Shown: positions 27,815-37,116, counted from the first letter of the stretch. The stretch: DNA of 55,364 bases from Leptolyngbyaceae cyanobacterium (GCA_965263355.1 CBDHHL010000013.1:1-55364), one strand, 5' to 3'. The notes: generated by a model not told the origin, from the sequence alone. A program made the numbers and translations.

Positions 27815-29727
27815 TTAGCCCTGCCTACAACAAAAACACTTGTATTCTTCTCATCCAACCATAACCTAAAGGCTAATTTCAAAAACATGGCCGCGAAAAA
27901 CTGATCGTCAACATGATCATCCGGCCTGACCCATTTACCCAGCTCCCCATCTTTTTGCATTGCGCATAGGTGCCTAACAGGTGAGCGCTCATCATTCCTT
28001 AGCTGCAACCATTTATGGAAACTCTCTGGTAGCCTCCATAACGGATATCCATCTGAGGCAATCAAATCAAACGACGCGGCTACCTGGTCTTGGAAGTCTT
28101 CTTGTCTAAAACTATACAAACAATAATTCTCACCATCGTGAATTTTATTCTCTGACCTAATGTCATACTCTGGCAAACTCATTTGCTTTCCTAAGAACAC
28201 GCCATGGTTGCGGGCTAGCGCGATGCCGTCAGCAACCTCAGGCTTAGAGTCATAGGCAATAGCATCAATATTATATTTTTGGATAATCGCCCCTACCTCT
28301 GAACGCTGGATTGGTCCGTAAAAAACAACCTCCATCACCGTCTTATCCGCAATCTCAGACGACAACATCTGACCATATCCACTAGGTAACCAGCATCTAG
28401 CTACCCATAGCCAGTCTTGATTAACTCCTTGATCTCCCCCTGCAACTACACAATCAGGCTCACGTTCAGGGATAGGTAGTTCGATGCACCGTTGGATCAT
28501 CTCTTCTGTAATGACCCCGCTGCCTGCCTCTGACGGAATACCCAGCACCTGTTGATGTGCATCAGCAATATCTTTGGACCCAAGCAACTGGCGTATCATT
28601 GTCGCTGCTGTATCTGAATCCCTGAGTAATGGCGAAATAATCAACGCACTACTAATTTGCTCTTTTGGCTCGCCATCAGGTAACCCTTGGAGAAACTGAG
28701 ACAACGTAATATCTTTTACTGACTCAATATCAAATTTAATATTAAACCTTACTCCCTGGAACCAAGCCCCGATCCTCACTTCGTCAGGCAACTTAGCCCC
28801 ACATTCAGAACATCCAATATAGGCAGACGATTCTATTTTGTCTGGGTCTGAATGCCACCATTCTAACGGCTTGCCCGATGGTGAAAACCACCGTTGTATT
28901 TCTTCCCCACGCTCAAACAACGTCACCGGTTTTAATAAGCATCCTTTTGGATGAAGGGGTTTAACAGCGCCACATTCAGGACATTTATAAAACGGATAAA
29001 AATGATGATCGTATTGCTGAAAATCTAACTCAATCCCTAACCCACCCCCCGGTGTTCCTAGATTGATATGCGGTGGATATGGCTTAAGTTTAGACTCAGC
29101 TAATCGTCTATAAAAAGCATCTCTTGCACCCGGCGGCGACTGAGAACGTTCTTCATCAATCAATCCATCAGCCTGAAAGCCCACGTTAACACCCCCCGCA
29201 GCCGCTAAGCCCTTTCTCTGCCCTACATTGCGATTAACACTCGAATAAACATATTTAGCAAAACCGCCTGATAATGATTTCCATATCTCAGTGTTGCGAT
29301 CTAAATTATTTCCATTCAATTCTTTGGCCTCTTCCCAAGCATTCAGAATCGGCCTAAGGTTCAAAGTCACCTGAGAGTTACGAGCCGCCTGAGAATCATA
29401 GGAATAAATCATTTTTAAGCCTAGTTCCTGTACCGCATAGGCTAAAAACAACGTGCATCCTAACGACTTGCCAGACTGCTGAGCGCCACTGATAGCTTTC
29501 TTAGGAATTCGTAATTCTCCCAACCATTTTAGATATTCAATAAACCATGGCCTTAAACGAATCGGGTCACCGTTCTCATTGCAGCCAAATGATTTAACGG
29601 CTTCTATAAACTGCTCGCCAGTCGTATAGTAGCGTTGAGCCTCCGTTGCTTGTCCCTCACGCTCACGCTCTCTTCGTCGCCTGCGCCTCTCCCTTTCAGC
29701 TAATGCACGTTGCCTAAGCGTCACCAT
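27808..29727 (-). CDS. terL: Terminase large subunit
   Basis: Walker A GAQQSGKS, Walker B LIDEE, GTP coupling motif, CPEC/CSEC zinc ribbon, nuclease GGDQG...DHVDD. Confidence 0.9.
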   Translation of the reverse strand: MVTLRQRALAERERRRRRREREREGQATEAQRYYTTGEQFIEAVKSFGCNENGDPIRLRPWFIEYLKWLGELRIPKKAISGAQQSGKSLGCTLFLAYAVQELGLKMIYSYDSQAARNSQVTLNLRPILNAWEEAKELNGNNLDRNTEIWKSLSGGFAKYVYSSVNRNVGQRKGLAAAGGVNVGFQADGLIDEERSQSPPGARDAFYRRLAESKLKPYPPHINLGTPGGGLGIELDFQQYDHHFYPFYKCPECGAVKPLHPKGCLLKPVTLFERGEEIQRWFSPSGKPLEWWHSDPDKIESSAYIGCSECGAKLPDEVRIGAWFQGVRFNIKFDIESVKDITLSQFLQGLPDGEPKEQISSALIISPLLRDSDTAATMIRQLLGSKDIADAHQQVLGIPSEAGSGVITEEMIQRCIELPIPEREPDCVVAGGDQGVNQDWLWVARCWLPSGYGQMLSSEIADKTVMEVVFYGPIQRSEVGAIIQKYNIDAIAYDSKPEVADGIALARNHGVFLGKQMSLPEYDIRSENKIHDGENYCLYSFRQEDFQDQVAASFDLIASDGYPLWRLPESFHKWLQLRNDERSPVRHLCAMQKDGELGKWVRPDDHVDDQFFAAMFLKLAFRLWLDEKNTSVFVVGRAKW

Positions 29728-30232
29728 TAATAAATGCGTCCAAATCCGTATCAGACATATTTACAAAATCAATCTCTGTCTTACTGGTAGCTAGCCCTTC
29801 GGTCGTACGCTGAATATCGATCCCTTTCAAAATAAAATTCATCGCCTCATTCGGCTTCATCTTTTTAGCTTTTTCATAATCATTCTTCTTTAATTCCGCT
29901 ATACTCGCAGCTCCAACAGCAATCAACGCCTTAGCTAACTTATTATGCTGAGTTAGCATTTCAGCCGCATCGATAATCTTATTCGTTTGATCGATGACAT
30001 GCGCTACTTCTGGCTTTATCTCTTGTTTGCCAAAGTCATAAGCACCTAAATTCCCTAATTCCCGCCTATATCGCTTCCGCTGGTCGTCCCAGTCCTCCTC
30101 TGCCGATCTATTCTTAAGTGTCTGCAACGCTGGTGAATTTGAACGTTCAGATAAACTCCTCAGGGTAACGTCAAACCCGCCCTGAACATACTCTTTACGC
30201 CAATAATCCCAGTCTACAGCCCGTCCGCCCAC
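29714..30232 (-). CDS. terS: Terminase small subunit
   Basis: VDW...RKEYVQG..TLRSLS...TLKNRS..EDW; ends MSDTDLDAFING; upstream of terL. Confidence 0.8.
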   Translation of the reverse strand: MGGRAVDWDYWRKEYVQGGFDVTLRSLSERSNSPALQTLKNRSAEEDWDDQRKRYRRELGNLGAYDFGKQEIKPEVAHVIDQTNKIIDAAEMLTQHNKLAKALIAVGAASIAELKKNDYEKAKKMKPNEAMNFILKGIDIQRTTEGLATSKTEIDFVNMSDTDLDAFINGDA

Positions 30233-30312
30233 AGCAAAGTACCTGAAAGTACAACAAAAGTACCAAGGTACTTTCCTACTATATTAGTAGCAATAAAACA
30301 ACCTGCCTACTA

Positions 30313-31023
30313 ATGGAAATTCAAGATATTGATATTGATCTGCTCATCCCCTACGAAAATAACGCCAAGCTTCACCCAGATTGGCAAGTCAAATCAATTG
30401 CTCGTTCTATTGAACAAACGGGCTTCGATGTGCCGCTGGTCGTTGTCCCTGATGGCGATAAGTTTCTAATCGTTAAAGGCCATGGCAGACGGTTAGCTGG
30501 CCTTATGCTTGGAATGCCCAAACTACCTTGCTATGTGTCGTCACTGTCAGGCGATGTCGCTATAAAAGCCGCTAGATTGCTTGATAACAAAACCCAAGAC
30601 TCAGGCTATGAACTAGAGGCGTTAATCAGTGAGCTAGAGGCAATCTCAGCTATTGATGAAGACATATACACTGGTTACGATGAGCAAGAAATTAGTGATT
30701 TAATTTCACGGTTCAATGATGAAGATTTAGACGAATTAATAGAAGAATCCATCGACAGCGATCGCGAACCTCAACAAAACCCTGAACCCCAGCAAAACCT
30801 CGAACCTCAGCAAAACCTCGAACCCCAGCAAAACCTCGAACCTCAGCAAAACCTCGAGCTTGAGCAAATGCCTCCATTAGGCGATAGCGATAAAGTGCCG
30901 TTAGCGATCGTATTGACTCAGGATGAAATGTTTGAATGGAATCAGGACAAAGAGCGGTTGGGATATGCTACGGATGGGAAGGCATTTAAGGAGATGTGGC
31001 GGCAGTGGAAAGACAATCACTAA
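30313..31023 (+). CDS. ParB/Srx N-terminal domain protein
   Basis: LIPYENNAKLH..QV..IARSI...GF..P.VV....IVKGHGRRLA. Confidence 0.92.
   Translation: MEIQDIDIDLLIPYENNAKLHPDWQVKSIARSIEQTGFDVPLVVVPDGDKFLIVKGHGRRLAGLMLGMPKLPCYVSSLSGDVAIKAARLLDNKTQDSGYELEALISELEAISAIDEDIYTGYDEQEISDLISRFNDEDLDELIEESIDSDREPQQNPEPQQNLEPQQNLEPQQNLEPQQNLELEQMPPLGDSDKVPLAIVLTQDEMFEWNQDKERLGYATDGKAFKEMWRQWKDNH
30766..30855 (+). repeat. 18-bp coding tandem repeat x5 (EPQQNL/P)
   Basis: GAACCYCARCAAAACCYY units. Confidence 0.9.
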
Positions 31024-32279
31024 CCACATACTATGGAGGCTTTTTACTAAATGCCCCATGTCCACTAGAGCTAAGCCTGAATGTGTGCAGTCACCATTGC
31101 CCATTCTGCTTTGCCAACCTGAATAAACCCGATCGCACCGCTAACACTAGCCAGATATTCGGCCTACTCAAAAATGCTTTTTCCCCTGGCAAACTAACCC
31201 TAGAAAAACATTTACTGCGGTCTGGATACCCGATCCAATTTAGTAATCACATAGACCCGTTTGCAGGCAATAACTACGAGCTAAGCCTACGAATCTTAGA
31301 GACACTATCAGAATTAGATGTCCCCTGTTCCCTTCAAACTAAAGGGGGCCATGGCCTGCTCAAAAAGCCAAACAAATATCACTGTTCAGCATTAGACCTA
31401 ATCAAGCCGACAGTGTTCTATGTGAGCTTAGAGACGCTAGACGATGATATTGGCAAGAAAGTATCTGCCCCTGGTGCGCCTAGGCCATCGTTACGGCTAG
31501 AGATGATTGAAACACTAATCGCTCATGGCCATCGTGTTTGTGTTGGCGTTAATCCAGTCGTGCCTCAATGGTTGCCTGATCCTGAATTGATGGTCACAAC
31601 ATTGCATCGCATCGGTGTTGAGGGCATGTGGATTCAGCCCTTGCACTTAAGCCACAAGCAAATTTCAAAAATGTCTGTAGCTGACAAAAAGCGGTTGGGG
31701 GATGAGATCCTTGATATGGCGCTACCAAGGAATCATAAAAATTATCCTGCGATCGCTGAGACGTTATCAGCCCTTAGAACTAAAGCCGACGAGATTGGAT
31801 TGGCTGTTTACGATAATCAGCAGCCGCAACGAACAGAGTACTTTAAGCCTTATATAGAAACTTATCCCACTCGATATCCAATGATGCAGGAGTTCGTCAA
31901 TTGGTGCCATGATTCCCATGAACCTGGCGATCTTATTTATTTTGAGGCTTGGTTAGACCTGATGCTGCCTAGCCTTCCTAAGGGTGTATGGCCGATTGGG
32001 CAACATATTGGTGCGGTGGCTGGCCCTGGATTTTGGTCTAAGACTCGCGACTTGGGAATTACTAATCAAATGACGTATCAAGAATTGTTAGGCTTAATAT
32101 GGGATTGGTTAGATTCTGTCCTGTGCCCTGCTAATGTTGGCTGCTTCCAGTGGGCTGGCGATTATGAACGGCAGTCTGACGGGACTGTAGGCTGGTCTCG
32201 TTGGACGGATAAAGACGGGCATCCTATATTAGTGTTTAATCCTGAGGCAAACGGATTATGGAGCCAGCAATATCTATAA
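30996..32279 (+). CDS. Radical SAM protein
   Basis: CSHHCPFCFA (CxxxCxxC), DPF, LQTKG, APRPSLRL. Confidence 0.9.
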   Translation: MAAVERQSLTTYYGGFLLNAPCPLELSLNVCSHHCPFCFANLNKPDRTANTSQIFGLLKNAFSPGKLTLEKHLLRSGYPIQFSNHIDPFAGNNYELSLRILETLSELDVPCSLQTKGGHGLLKKPNKYHCSALDLIKPTVFYVSLETLDDDIGKKVSAPGAPRPSLRLEMIETLIAHGHRVCVGVNPVVPQWLPDPELMVTTLHRIGVEGMWIQPLHLSHKQISKMSVADKKRLGDEILDMALPRNHKNYPAIAETLSALRTKADEIGLAVYDNQQPQRTEYFKPYIETYPTRYPMMQEFVNWCHDSHEPGDLIYFEAWLDLMLPSLPKGVWPIGQHIGAVAGPGFWSKTRDLGITNQMTYQELLGLIWDWLDSVLCPANVGCFQWAGDYERQSDGTVGWSRWTDKDGHPILVFNPEANGLWSQQYL

Positions 32280-32839
32280 TTCAAGTTGGCAATGGCGGTT
32301 CTGCCGTAAAGGCAGGAAATCATAGCAGTCAGAAAGTTGCTGGTAGTGGCTCCGGTGGTGGAGGAGTGTCTGATTCAACTTTTTTGGCTGCTGAATCCGA
32401 AAAAAAATTAGAACCAATTGCCGCTAATGCAGAAATAACTTTAACCTCTGCTCTACCCAACGATGCAGCCGCAACAACCATGAGCGAGATAGTCTCAGCT
32501 CAAAACTTGCGTGTATTTGACAACGACGGCACCATGGCCCGCATGGATTGGAACTCTAGCTATGCCAAGCCAACGCGATCTCAAATGATTGACACTTCCG
32601 GTGGTGGATTTCTGGCTACTCTAACTTTCGCTAACAACCTTAAAAATGATATTGCCCGTGGTCGTGGAGAAAGTATCGGATCTCTATCTGTAGCAACTGC
32701 TAAGCAGGCCTACGAGGTAGGCAAATATAAGTTAAATAAAATGTGGTCAGGAGCTAGCAATGCTGACCGTGCAGCAGCGCTCAAGGCTAGTTCCAGTACA
32801 CCTAAGCAGTTAAGAGAGTTAGGACTCAATATCCGATGA
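32258..32839 (+). CDS. Hypothetical protein with N-terminal QVGNGG motif
   Basis: MEPAISIIQVGNGGSAVKA then Gly/Ser linker. Confidence 0.75.
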   Translation: MEPAISIIQVGNGGSAVKAGNHSSQKVAGSGSGGGGVSDSTFLAAESEKKLEPIAANAEITLTSALPNDAAATTMSEIVSAQNLRVFDNDGTMARMDWNSSYAKPTRSQMIDTSGGGFLATLTFANNLKNDIARGRGESIGSLSVATAKQAYEVGKYKLNKMWSGASNADRAAALKASSSTPKQLRELGLNIR

Positions 32840-33465
32840 ATTTAATATTTTTAACTCAAGTTGGTAATGGCGGAATTTACAAGGCAAGGCAAGCCGCTGC
32901 TGCCGCTGCTGCTGCTAAAGATAAGGCAACTGATAGTGGAGGCAGTTCGCTTTCTGGAATTACTAAAACAGTTAATGAAGATGGTGATACCTTCTATGAA
33001 TTTAATCAAGGTCGTAATTCTATTGAATTCGAAGTAGTCAATCAAAGCTATATCGGTGATAAATCAAACGAAGTTAATTTCAGAGTAAATGGCCGCTATT
33101 ATGCAGCGGGAAACATATCACCTCAGGATGGTGCTGCGATCGCGTCAAGAGTATCCAGCATAATGAAATCCGATGCAGCCACCAGACCTGACGGGTTCTT
33201 GTACTCTACTACTGCAGCTGTAGGGGACGGTAGAGGTTCGTCAAGGACTGCACTCTATAGTAGAGCTGGATTTTCATTGCCTAGCGCAACCAGCCAAGAC
33301 AAGACTCAATATGCAGTTGTAAAAAATGGTAAGCTTGTCCCCTCTACAAAGGATGGCAAAGCATATAACGCTACTCAACTAGCTAAGCATCGCCAGCAAG
33401 TTAGAGACTCAATTCGTCAGGCTGCTAAAGAGAGGCGAGCCGCTAGACAGCAAAATGCTGCCTAA
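32836..33465 (+). CDS. Hypothetical protein with N-terminal QVGNGG motif; possible GNAT-like fold
   Basis: MNLIFLTQVGNGGIYKA, Ala linker, RTALYSRAGF. Confidence 0.75.
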   Translation: MNLIFLTQVGNGGIYKARQAAAAAAAAKDKATDSGGSSLSGITKTVNEDGDTFYEFNQGRNSIEFEVVNQSYIGDKSNEVNFRVNGRYYAAGNISPQDGAAIASRVSSIMKSDAATRPDGFLYSTTAAVGDGRGSSRTALYSRAGFSLPSATSQDKTQYAVVKNGKLVPSTKDGKAYNATQLAKHRQQVRDSIRQAAKERRAARQQNAA

Positions 33466-33704
33466 ATTCCATCTGCCATAACAGCGTCAACATCCTCTAT
33501 AAATTCCTTTATCGCTGCTAACACTATCTTGGCCTTATCTTCGCCAAGTTCAATGATTAGATTGTTAAATATTTTAGCCAGTTCAGTCTCTTTGTCTTCA
33601 TCTGAAAAGCCCTGAAGTCTTTCTTGCTGATCTATTGAGAAATTCTCCCCAGCTCGGGTCAACTCGTTATTTTTATACAGTCGGTGGTTAATATTCATAA
33701 TCAA
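33462..33704 (-). CDS. Hypothetical acidic protein
   Basis: 80-aa ORF convergent with the QVGNGG genes. Confidence 0.55.
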   Translation of the reverse strand: MIMNINHRLYKNNELTRAGENFSIDQQERLQGFSDEDKETELAKIFNNLIIELGEDKAKIVLAAIKEFIEDVDAVMADGI

Positions 33705-33723
33705 AAAGGGGCCGAGGCCCCTA
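33704..33723 (-). terminator. Possible intrinsic terminator
   Basis: GGGGCC-TC-GGCCCC-TTTTT on the minus strand after the 33732 gene. Confidence 0.55.
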
Positions 33724-33731
33724 GCGTTGGT

Positions 33732-34067
33732 TTATTGGAATGGGTCGTAAGCGGCAGCCGCTGGTCTCATTATCTGTTCTACTTGGTTAGAGCTTAGCTT
33801 ATAGTTCTCTAATTGCCAGTCGGCCAGGGCAGCTTTATATGTGTTGGTATCGTTGCTAGAGTCGCAAACCGTAGCCTGCAATTCCGCTCTGATTCGCTCA
33901 GGATTGAAAGTTAATTGCTCCAGCATCGCCTCAAGACAGTCTCTTTGGTCGTCGTCTAGCTGGGCGTTTGCAATGTGCTGGGCCATTAGTTCTAGGCTGC
34001 TCTGAGTAGGCTGGCTGCCGGTTGCGATCGCGTTGCTCAAGATGTTTAAGAGATTATCGAAGTTCAT
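33732..34067 (-). CDS. Hypothetical protein
   Basis: Start MNFDNL after GAGG; driven by the promoter at 34097-34125. Confidence 0.7.
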   Translation of the reverse strand: MNFDNLLNILSNAIATGSQPTQSSLELMAQHIANAQLDDDQRDCLEAMLEQLTFNPERIRAELQATVCDSSNDTNTYKAALADWQLENYKLSSNQVEQIMRPAAAAYDPFQ

Positions 34068-34086
34068 TTTTGCTTGCCTCAATCGG

Positions 34087-34139
34087 TGTTACTAACAGTA
34101 TTGCTTTTTTTATTTCATCTGTCAAGTCTTTTCTTGACA
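34087..34139 (-). promoter_or_regulatory. Early promoter with TGTCAA-N8-TTGACA operator
   Basis: TTGACA-17-AATACT then TGTTAGTAACA; same family as 36665, 37074, 37641, 38055. Confidence 0.8.
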
Positions 34140-34354
34140 TTTTCTGAGGCAGTTTGATTATGGCTTAGAGTGCGATCGCGCTCACCGCTCAGCCCGTTGT
34201 CTTTAATGAGAATCGCACACAAAGCAGACCAACTGTCACACAAAAGGCTAAAAAACCCGTTTTTGCTTCATATTCTTAACTCAGACACCTGTCGTAAGTC
34301 CATGGATACATAAATACTATCAAAAATGTATCTGAATATACAAACTGAGAAGTC

Positions 34355-34493
34355 TGTGCAGGCCATGCAGGCCATGCAGGCCTCAAAACTTGAAGATCTA
34401 ACGTGTGTGCGGTCGCGGGTCGATTTTTGGCAAAACCACACACACGTTGTTTTTCCAAGAAAAGTGGCCTGCATGGCCTGCATGGCCTGCACA
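34355..34493. repeat. Perfect 28-bp inverted repeat built of 9-bp units, 83-bp spacer
   Basis: TGTGCAGGCCATGCAGGCCATGCAGGCC (34355-34382) and its reverse complement (34466-34493). Confidence 0.95.
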
Positions 34494-34713
34494 ACGGACA
34501 TAGGGAAATTTTTGGCTTATTGAGATTGGCACACTAAAAAACCGCCAAGTTTTTAGACTCGACGGTTTTTGAGGTTTTTCAAGATAAAAAGATTCCCTGG
34601 CTTGGCTTATACGGTCGACTAGGCGCATCCACCTAGTTCAACCAAGCAGGCTTGAACGCTAAGGATTCTCCAAACCTTTCCTTGGTGAAGTACTTTGCAT
34701 CCTTGGTTTATTT

Positions 34714-34989
34714 TTATTGGTCGTAACTCCATCCATTCTTTGGTGTTGAGCGATCGCGGCATTCCCACAGGGTAAACTCATACCCTGCATATCGCGTACT
34801 TAGTTGATTGGCACTGAAATTAAGATGCCAGCAACTAGGAATGCCGTGTTCGTCTACTGGATTGTTGAAAGCGCTATCGCCTGAGAATTTTACTCGTCTG
34901 TCAGAATAGTTGTTTGGGTCGCCTAGGCTTGTCATTCGCAAGATGACTACTTGTCCTTGGCGCAAGATACTAGGGTGTAGTTGCTTCAT
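34714..34989 (-). CDS. Hypothetical protein
   Basis: 91-aa ATG ORF in the leftward early operon. Confidence 0.6.
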   Translation of the reverse strand: MKQLHPSILRQGQVVILRMTSLGDPNNYSDRRVKFSGDSAFNNPVDEHGIPSCWHLNFSANQLSTRYAGYEFTLWECRDRSTPKNGWSYDQ

Positions 34990-35092
34990 TGTTCATTTGT
35001 TCCATGACTATGTGCGGGTGACCAGCGGTCGCGATCGCTCTTTCAGGAATCTCAGGGTCGACCACAATGGGTTATGCATTGTTTTTCTCTCC

Positions 35093-35383
35093 TTAATCTG
35101 CGTCTAACACGGTGTATCCGTTTAATTGCTCTTTTTCATGGTCAGTCAGGAAACCGCCAAGTTTTTGATAAGCCTTTTGAGTCAAAAACACCCACCTAGT
35201 CGACACATGGCCGTAGTGATCCACTGCATAAACCCCTGTGTTGCCATCGAGAAAGGTTGTCAGATTGCAGTTTGCCGCCTTGATATCGTATTTAAGCTGC
35301 TGTAAATCACTGAGTGTTTTTACGGCTTTACAATGCTCTTTAACGGCTTCCTGGCTATTAAATACGTAGAATTTTCTTTTCAT
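35093..35383 (-). CDS. Hypothetical protein
   Basis: 96-aa ATG ORF. Confidence 0.65.
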   Translation of the reverse strand: MKRKFYVFNSQEAVKEHCKAVKTLSDLQQLKYDIKAANCNLTTFLDGNTGVYAVDHYGHVSTRWVFLTQKAYQKLGGFLTDHEKEQLNGYTVLDAD

Positions 35384-35407
35384 CGTTGTTTTGCGCGATC
35401 GCGTACT

Positions 35408-35635
35408 TCAGTCATTCATTGCCGTCAGGGCGTCCAAAGCTGATATTAGCTTGTCAGCTTTTCGAACACCCAATTTAGCAGCCTGCTTATAAGTAATCTT
35501 TGGGGTTGAATCAATCGCTTCTTGCATAAACACCATTGCAAAATAATCACGCCTACTTAATGGTGTAGCATGGCCACTTTGGTCTGTTGGCATAGACCAT
35601 AATGGCTTTTCTTCTGGCAATTCCGGCCTAAACAT
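35408..35635 (-). CDS. Small phage protein with LSRRDYFA motif
   Basis: RRDYFA...A...ADKLI..L pattern common in phage early genes; GGAGGT RBS. Confidence 0.75.
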   Translation of the reverse strand: MFRPELPEEKPLWSMPTDQSGHATPLSRRDYFAMVFMQEAIDSTPKITYKQAAKLGVRKADKLISALDALTAMND

Positions 35636-35930
35636 ACTTAAACCACCTCCGAACAACTTCTCTCTTAATTAATGCAGAATGTCTAACACAGCCAAAATCT
35701 TCAGCAGTAAACAGTTCTGCATAGTACTCTGAACCATCGACCAAGCCGAACCCCGAAACACCTAAGGGCAGCTCCGCAAACGTTTTCTCAGGGTGCTGAC
35801 AAGACCTTATTTCGTACCCAATATCCATAGGCGTTAAATCGGGGTTCATTGGCTTCCACATAGATGAATGTATCGATGGGAGATCTTTGAGTGTCCAATA
35901 ATCGCAGGTTTTACATCTAGGAAATTTCAT
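35628..35930 (-). CDS. Cys-rich hypothetical phage protein
   Basis: CKTCDYW...C...TAEDFGCVRH. Confidence 0.75.
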   Translation of the reverse strand: MKFPRCKTCDYWTLKDLPSIHSSMWKPMNPDLTPMDIGYEIRSCQHPEKTFAELPLGVSGFGLVDGSEYYAELFTAEDFGCVRHSALIKREVVRRWFKYV

Positions 35931-36000
35931 TTTTTCTCCTAAGTATTTTTTCTTGACTAGTTGTGATCGCGTATTTCAGCTTTTAATTTTGGCCTGTCAT

Positions 36001-36291
36001 TTAAGCCTCCATCAGGCCGTCCCTATACTTTTCAGGTGGCGTTTCTTTAGTCCAGCCCAATACTTTTACATCACTGGCATAGACCCAGCCGCAATCAGTC
36101 GCGTTGACTGCACCATCAGCAACCAATAATTTATTAACCATAAAAATATTGGTGTTTTCATTGTGGTGTGAAGCATAAATACCTAAAAATCGACGGTTCA
36201 AATATCCAGATTCGTACCAAGATTTTTCAGGCCCGCTTTTAACAATCTTGAAAATGCATTCATATGATTGGTCACTGGGCAATTTGTTCAT
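36001..36291 (-). CDS. Hypothetical protein
   Basis: Start MNKLPS after AGGAG within a 30-bp repeated leader. Confidence 0.7.
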   Translation of the reverse strand: MNKLPSDQSYECIFKIVKSGPEKSWYESGYLNRRFLGIYASHHNENTNIFMVNKLLVADGAVNATDCGWVYASDVKVLGWTKETPPEKYRDGLMEA

Positions 36292-36339
36292 CTTGAATTC
36301 TCCTAAGTATTTTTTCTTGACTAGTTGCGTCCAGGGCAA

Positions 36340-36609
36340 CTAATCAACGTCGCTAGAGCCCTTTTCTGTCAAGCTTTTTATTGGCACTATGATGATTGTT
36401 GGACTATTTTTGGACTCTTTTTCGATCATCTTTACATACTCCAATATAGAGCCAAGTTGAGCGTTAGGGAGTTTCTTCTCCCTCTCGTCAATTCCTTGTC
36501 TGTTCTTTAGCCCCAGTGCTCTAGCGGCTTGCGCTTTGACGGGGACTTCTGCCCTTCTCCATTCAATCAAAAGATCTGGCAGCGCTTCGATAAACTCGCT
36601 TAATTTCAT
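36340..36609 (-). CDS. Putative HTH repressor
   Basis: KAQAARALGLKNRQGI..RE; divergent from the operator-bearing promoters; operator-like site over its start. Confidence 0.6.
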   Translation of the reverse strand: MKLSEFIEALPDLLIEWRRAEVPVKAQAARALGLKNRQGIDEREKKLPNAQLGSILEYVKMIEKESKNSPTIIIVPIKSLTEKGSSDVD

Positions 36610-36664
36610 GTCAAGTCTAGTATTTACATCTGGACTATAGCAAAGCAAAATTAATTTTGCAAAT

Positions 36665-36719
36665 AGTCAATAAATTACTTGACATCTGAAAATAAAAAAA
36701 GGTATATTTGTTAGTAACA
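36665..36719 (+). promoter_or_regulatory. Early promoter + operator
   Basis: AGTCAA-N8-TTGACA, -10 TATATT, TGTTAGTAACA. Confidence 0.85.
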
Positions 36720-36741
36720 AAGCGAAACGGAGTTACTTAAG

Positions 36742-37017
36742 ATGGACATTAAGTTCTTAGGGCATGAGTCAAAAACAGGTAAAAATCAAGTTTTGATCAA
36801 CGATTTCAGGTTTGAATTTAAGCTAACTCCCAAAGGGGCTGCATCCTTCAAGGATCTAGATGGAATGTTCCCTGAGAAGAAAGGAAAAGTTGTAGCCAGA
36901 ACATACAGATCTTTTAGAACCTTGCTAGGCATTCAGCCTGGTTCCCCTTTGGCGAATAGCTTAGTTACGTGTACATCGTGCGCAAGAATTCACTACCCTT
37001 GGATGTTTAGCAATTAA
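36742..37017 (+). CDS. Hypothetical protein
   Basis: GGAG RBS; lies between promoter and terminator. Confidence 0.75.
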   Translation: MDIKFLGHESKTGKNQVLINDFRFEFKLTPKGAASFKDLDGMFPEKKGKVVARTYRSFRTLLGIQPGSPLANSLVTCTSCARIHYPWMFSN

Positions 37018-37030
37018 GCGACACCATCTA

Positions 37031-37074
37031 AACCCCGCTAACCACAACACCCCGGTTAGCGGGGTTCTTTTTTT
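37031..37074 (+). terminator. Intrinsic terminator (repeated at 38015)
   Basis: AACCCCGCTAACC...GGTTAGCGGGGTT + T tract. Confidence 0.9.
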
Positions 37075-37116
37075 GTCAATAAATTACTTGACACTTGAAA
37101 AGCTATCGTTTAGTAT
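37074..37116 (+). promoter_or_regulatory. Early promoter + operator
   Basis: TGTCAA-N8-TTGACA-17-TAGTAT. Confidence 0.8.

Noticed and set aside
34355..34493. Protelomerase (hairpin telomere) target
   Set aside because: Centre is not a perfect palindrome and no protelomerase is visible in the window
34268..34628. Short ORFs with MQAMQA / PCRPCR repeats on both strands
   Set aside because: Translations of the 9-bp-unit inverted repeat; no RBS or protein-like composition
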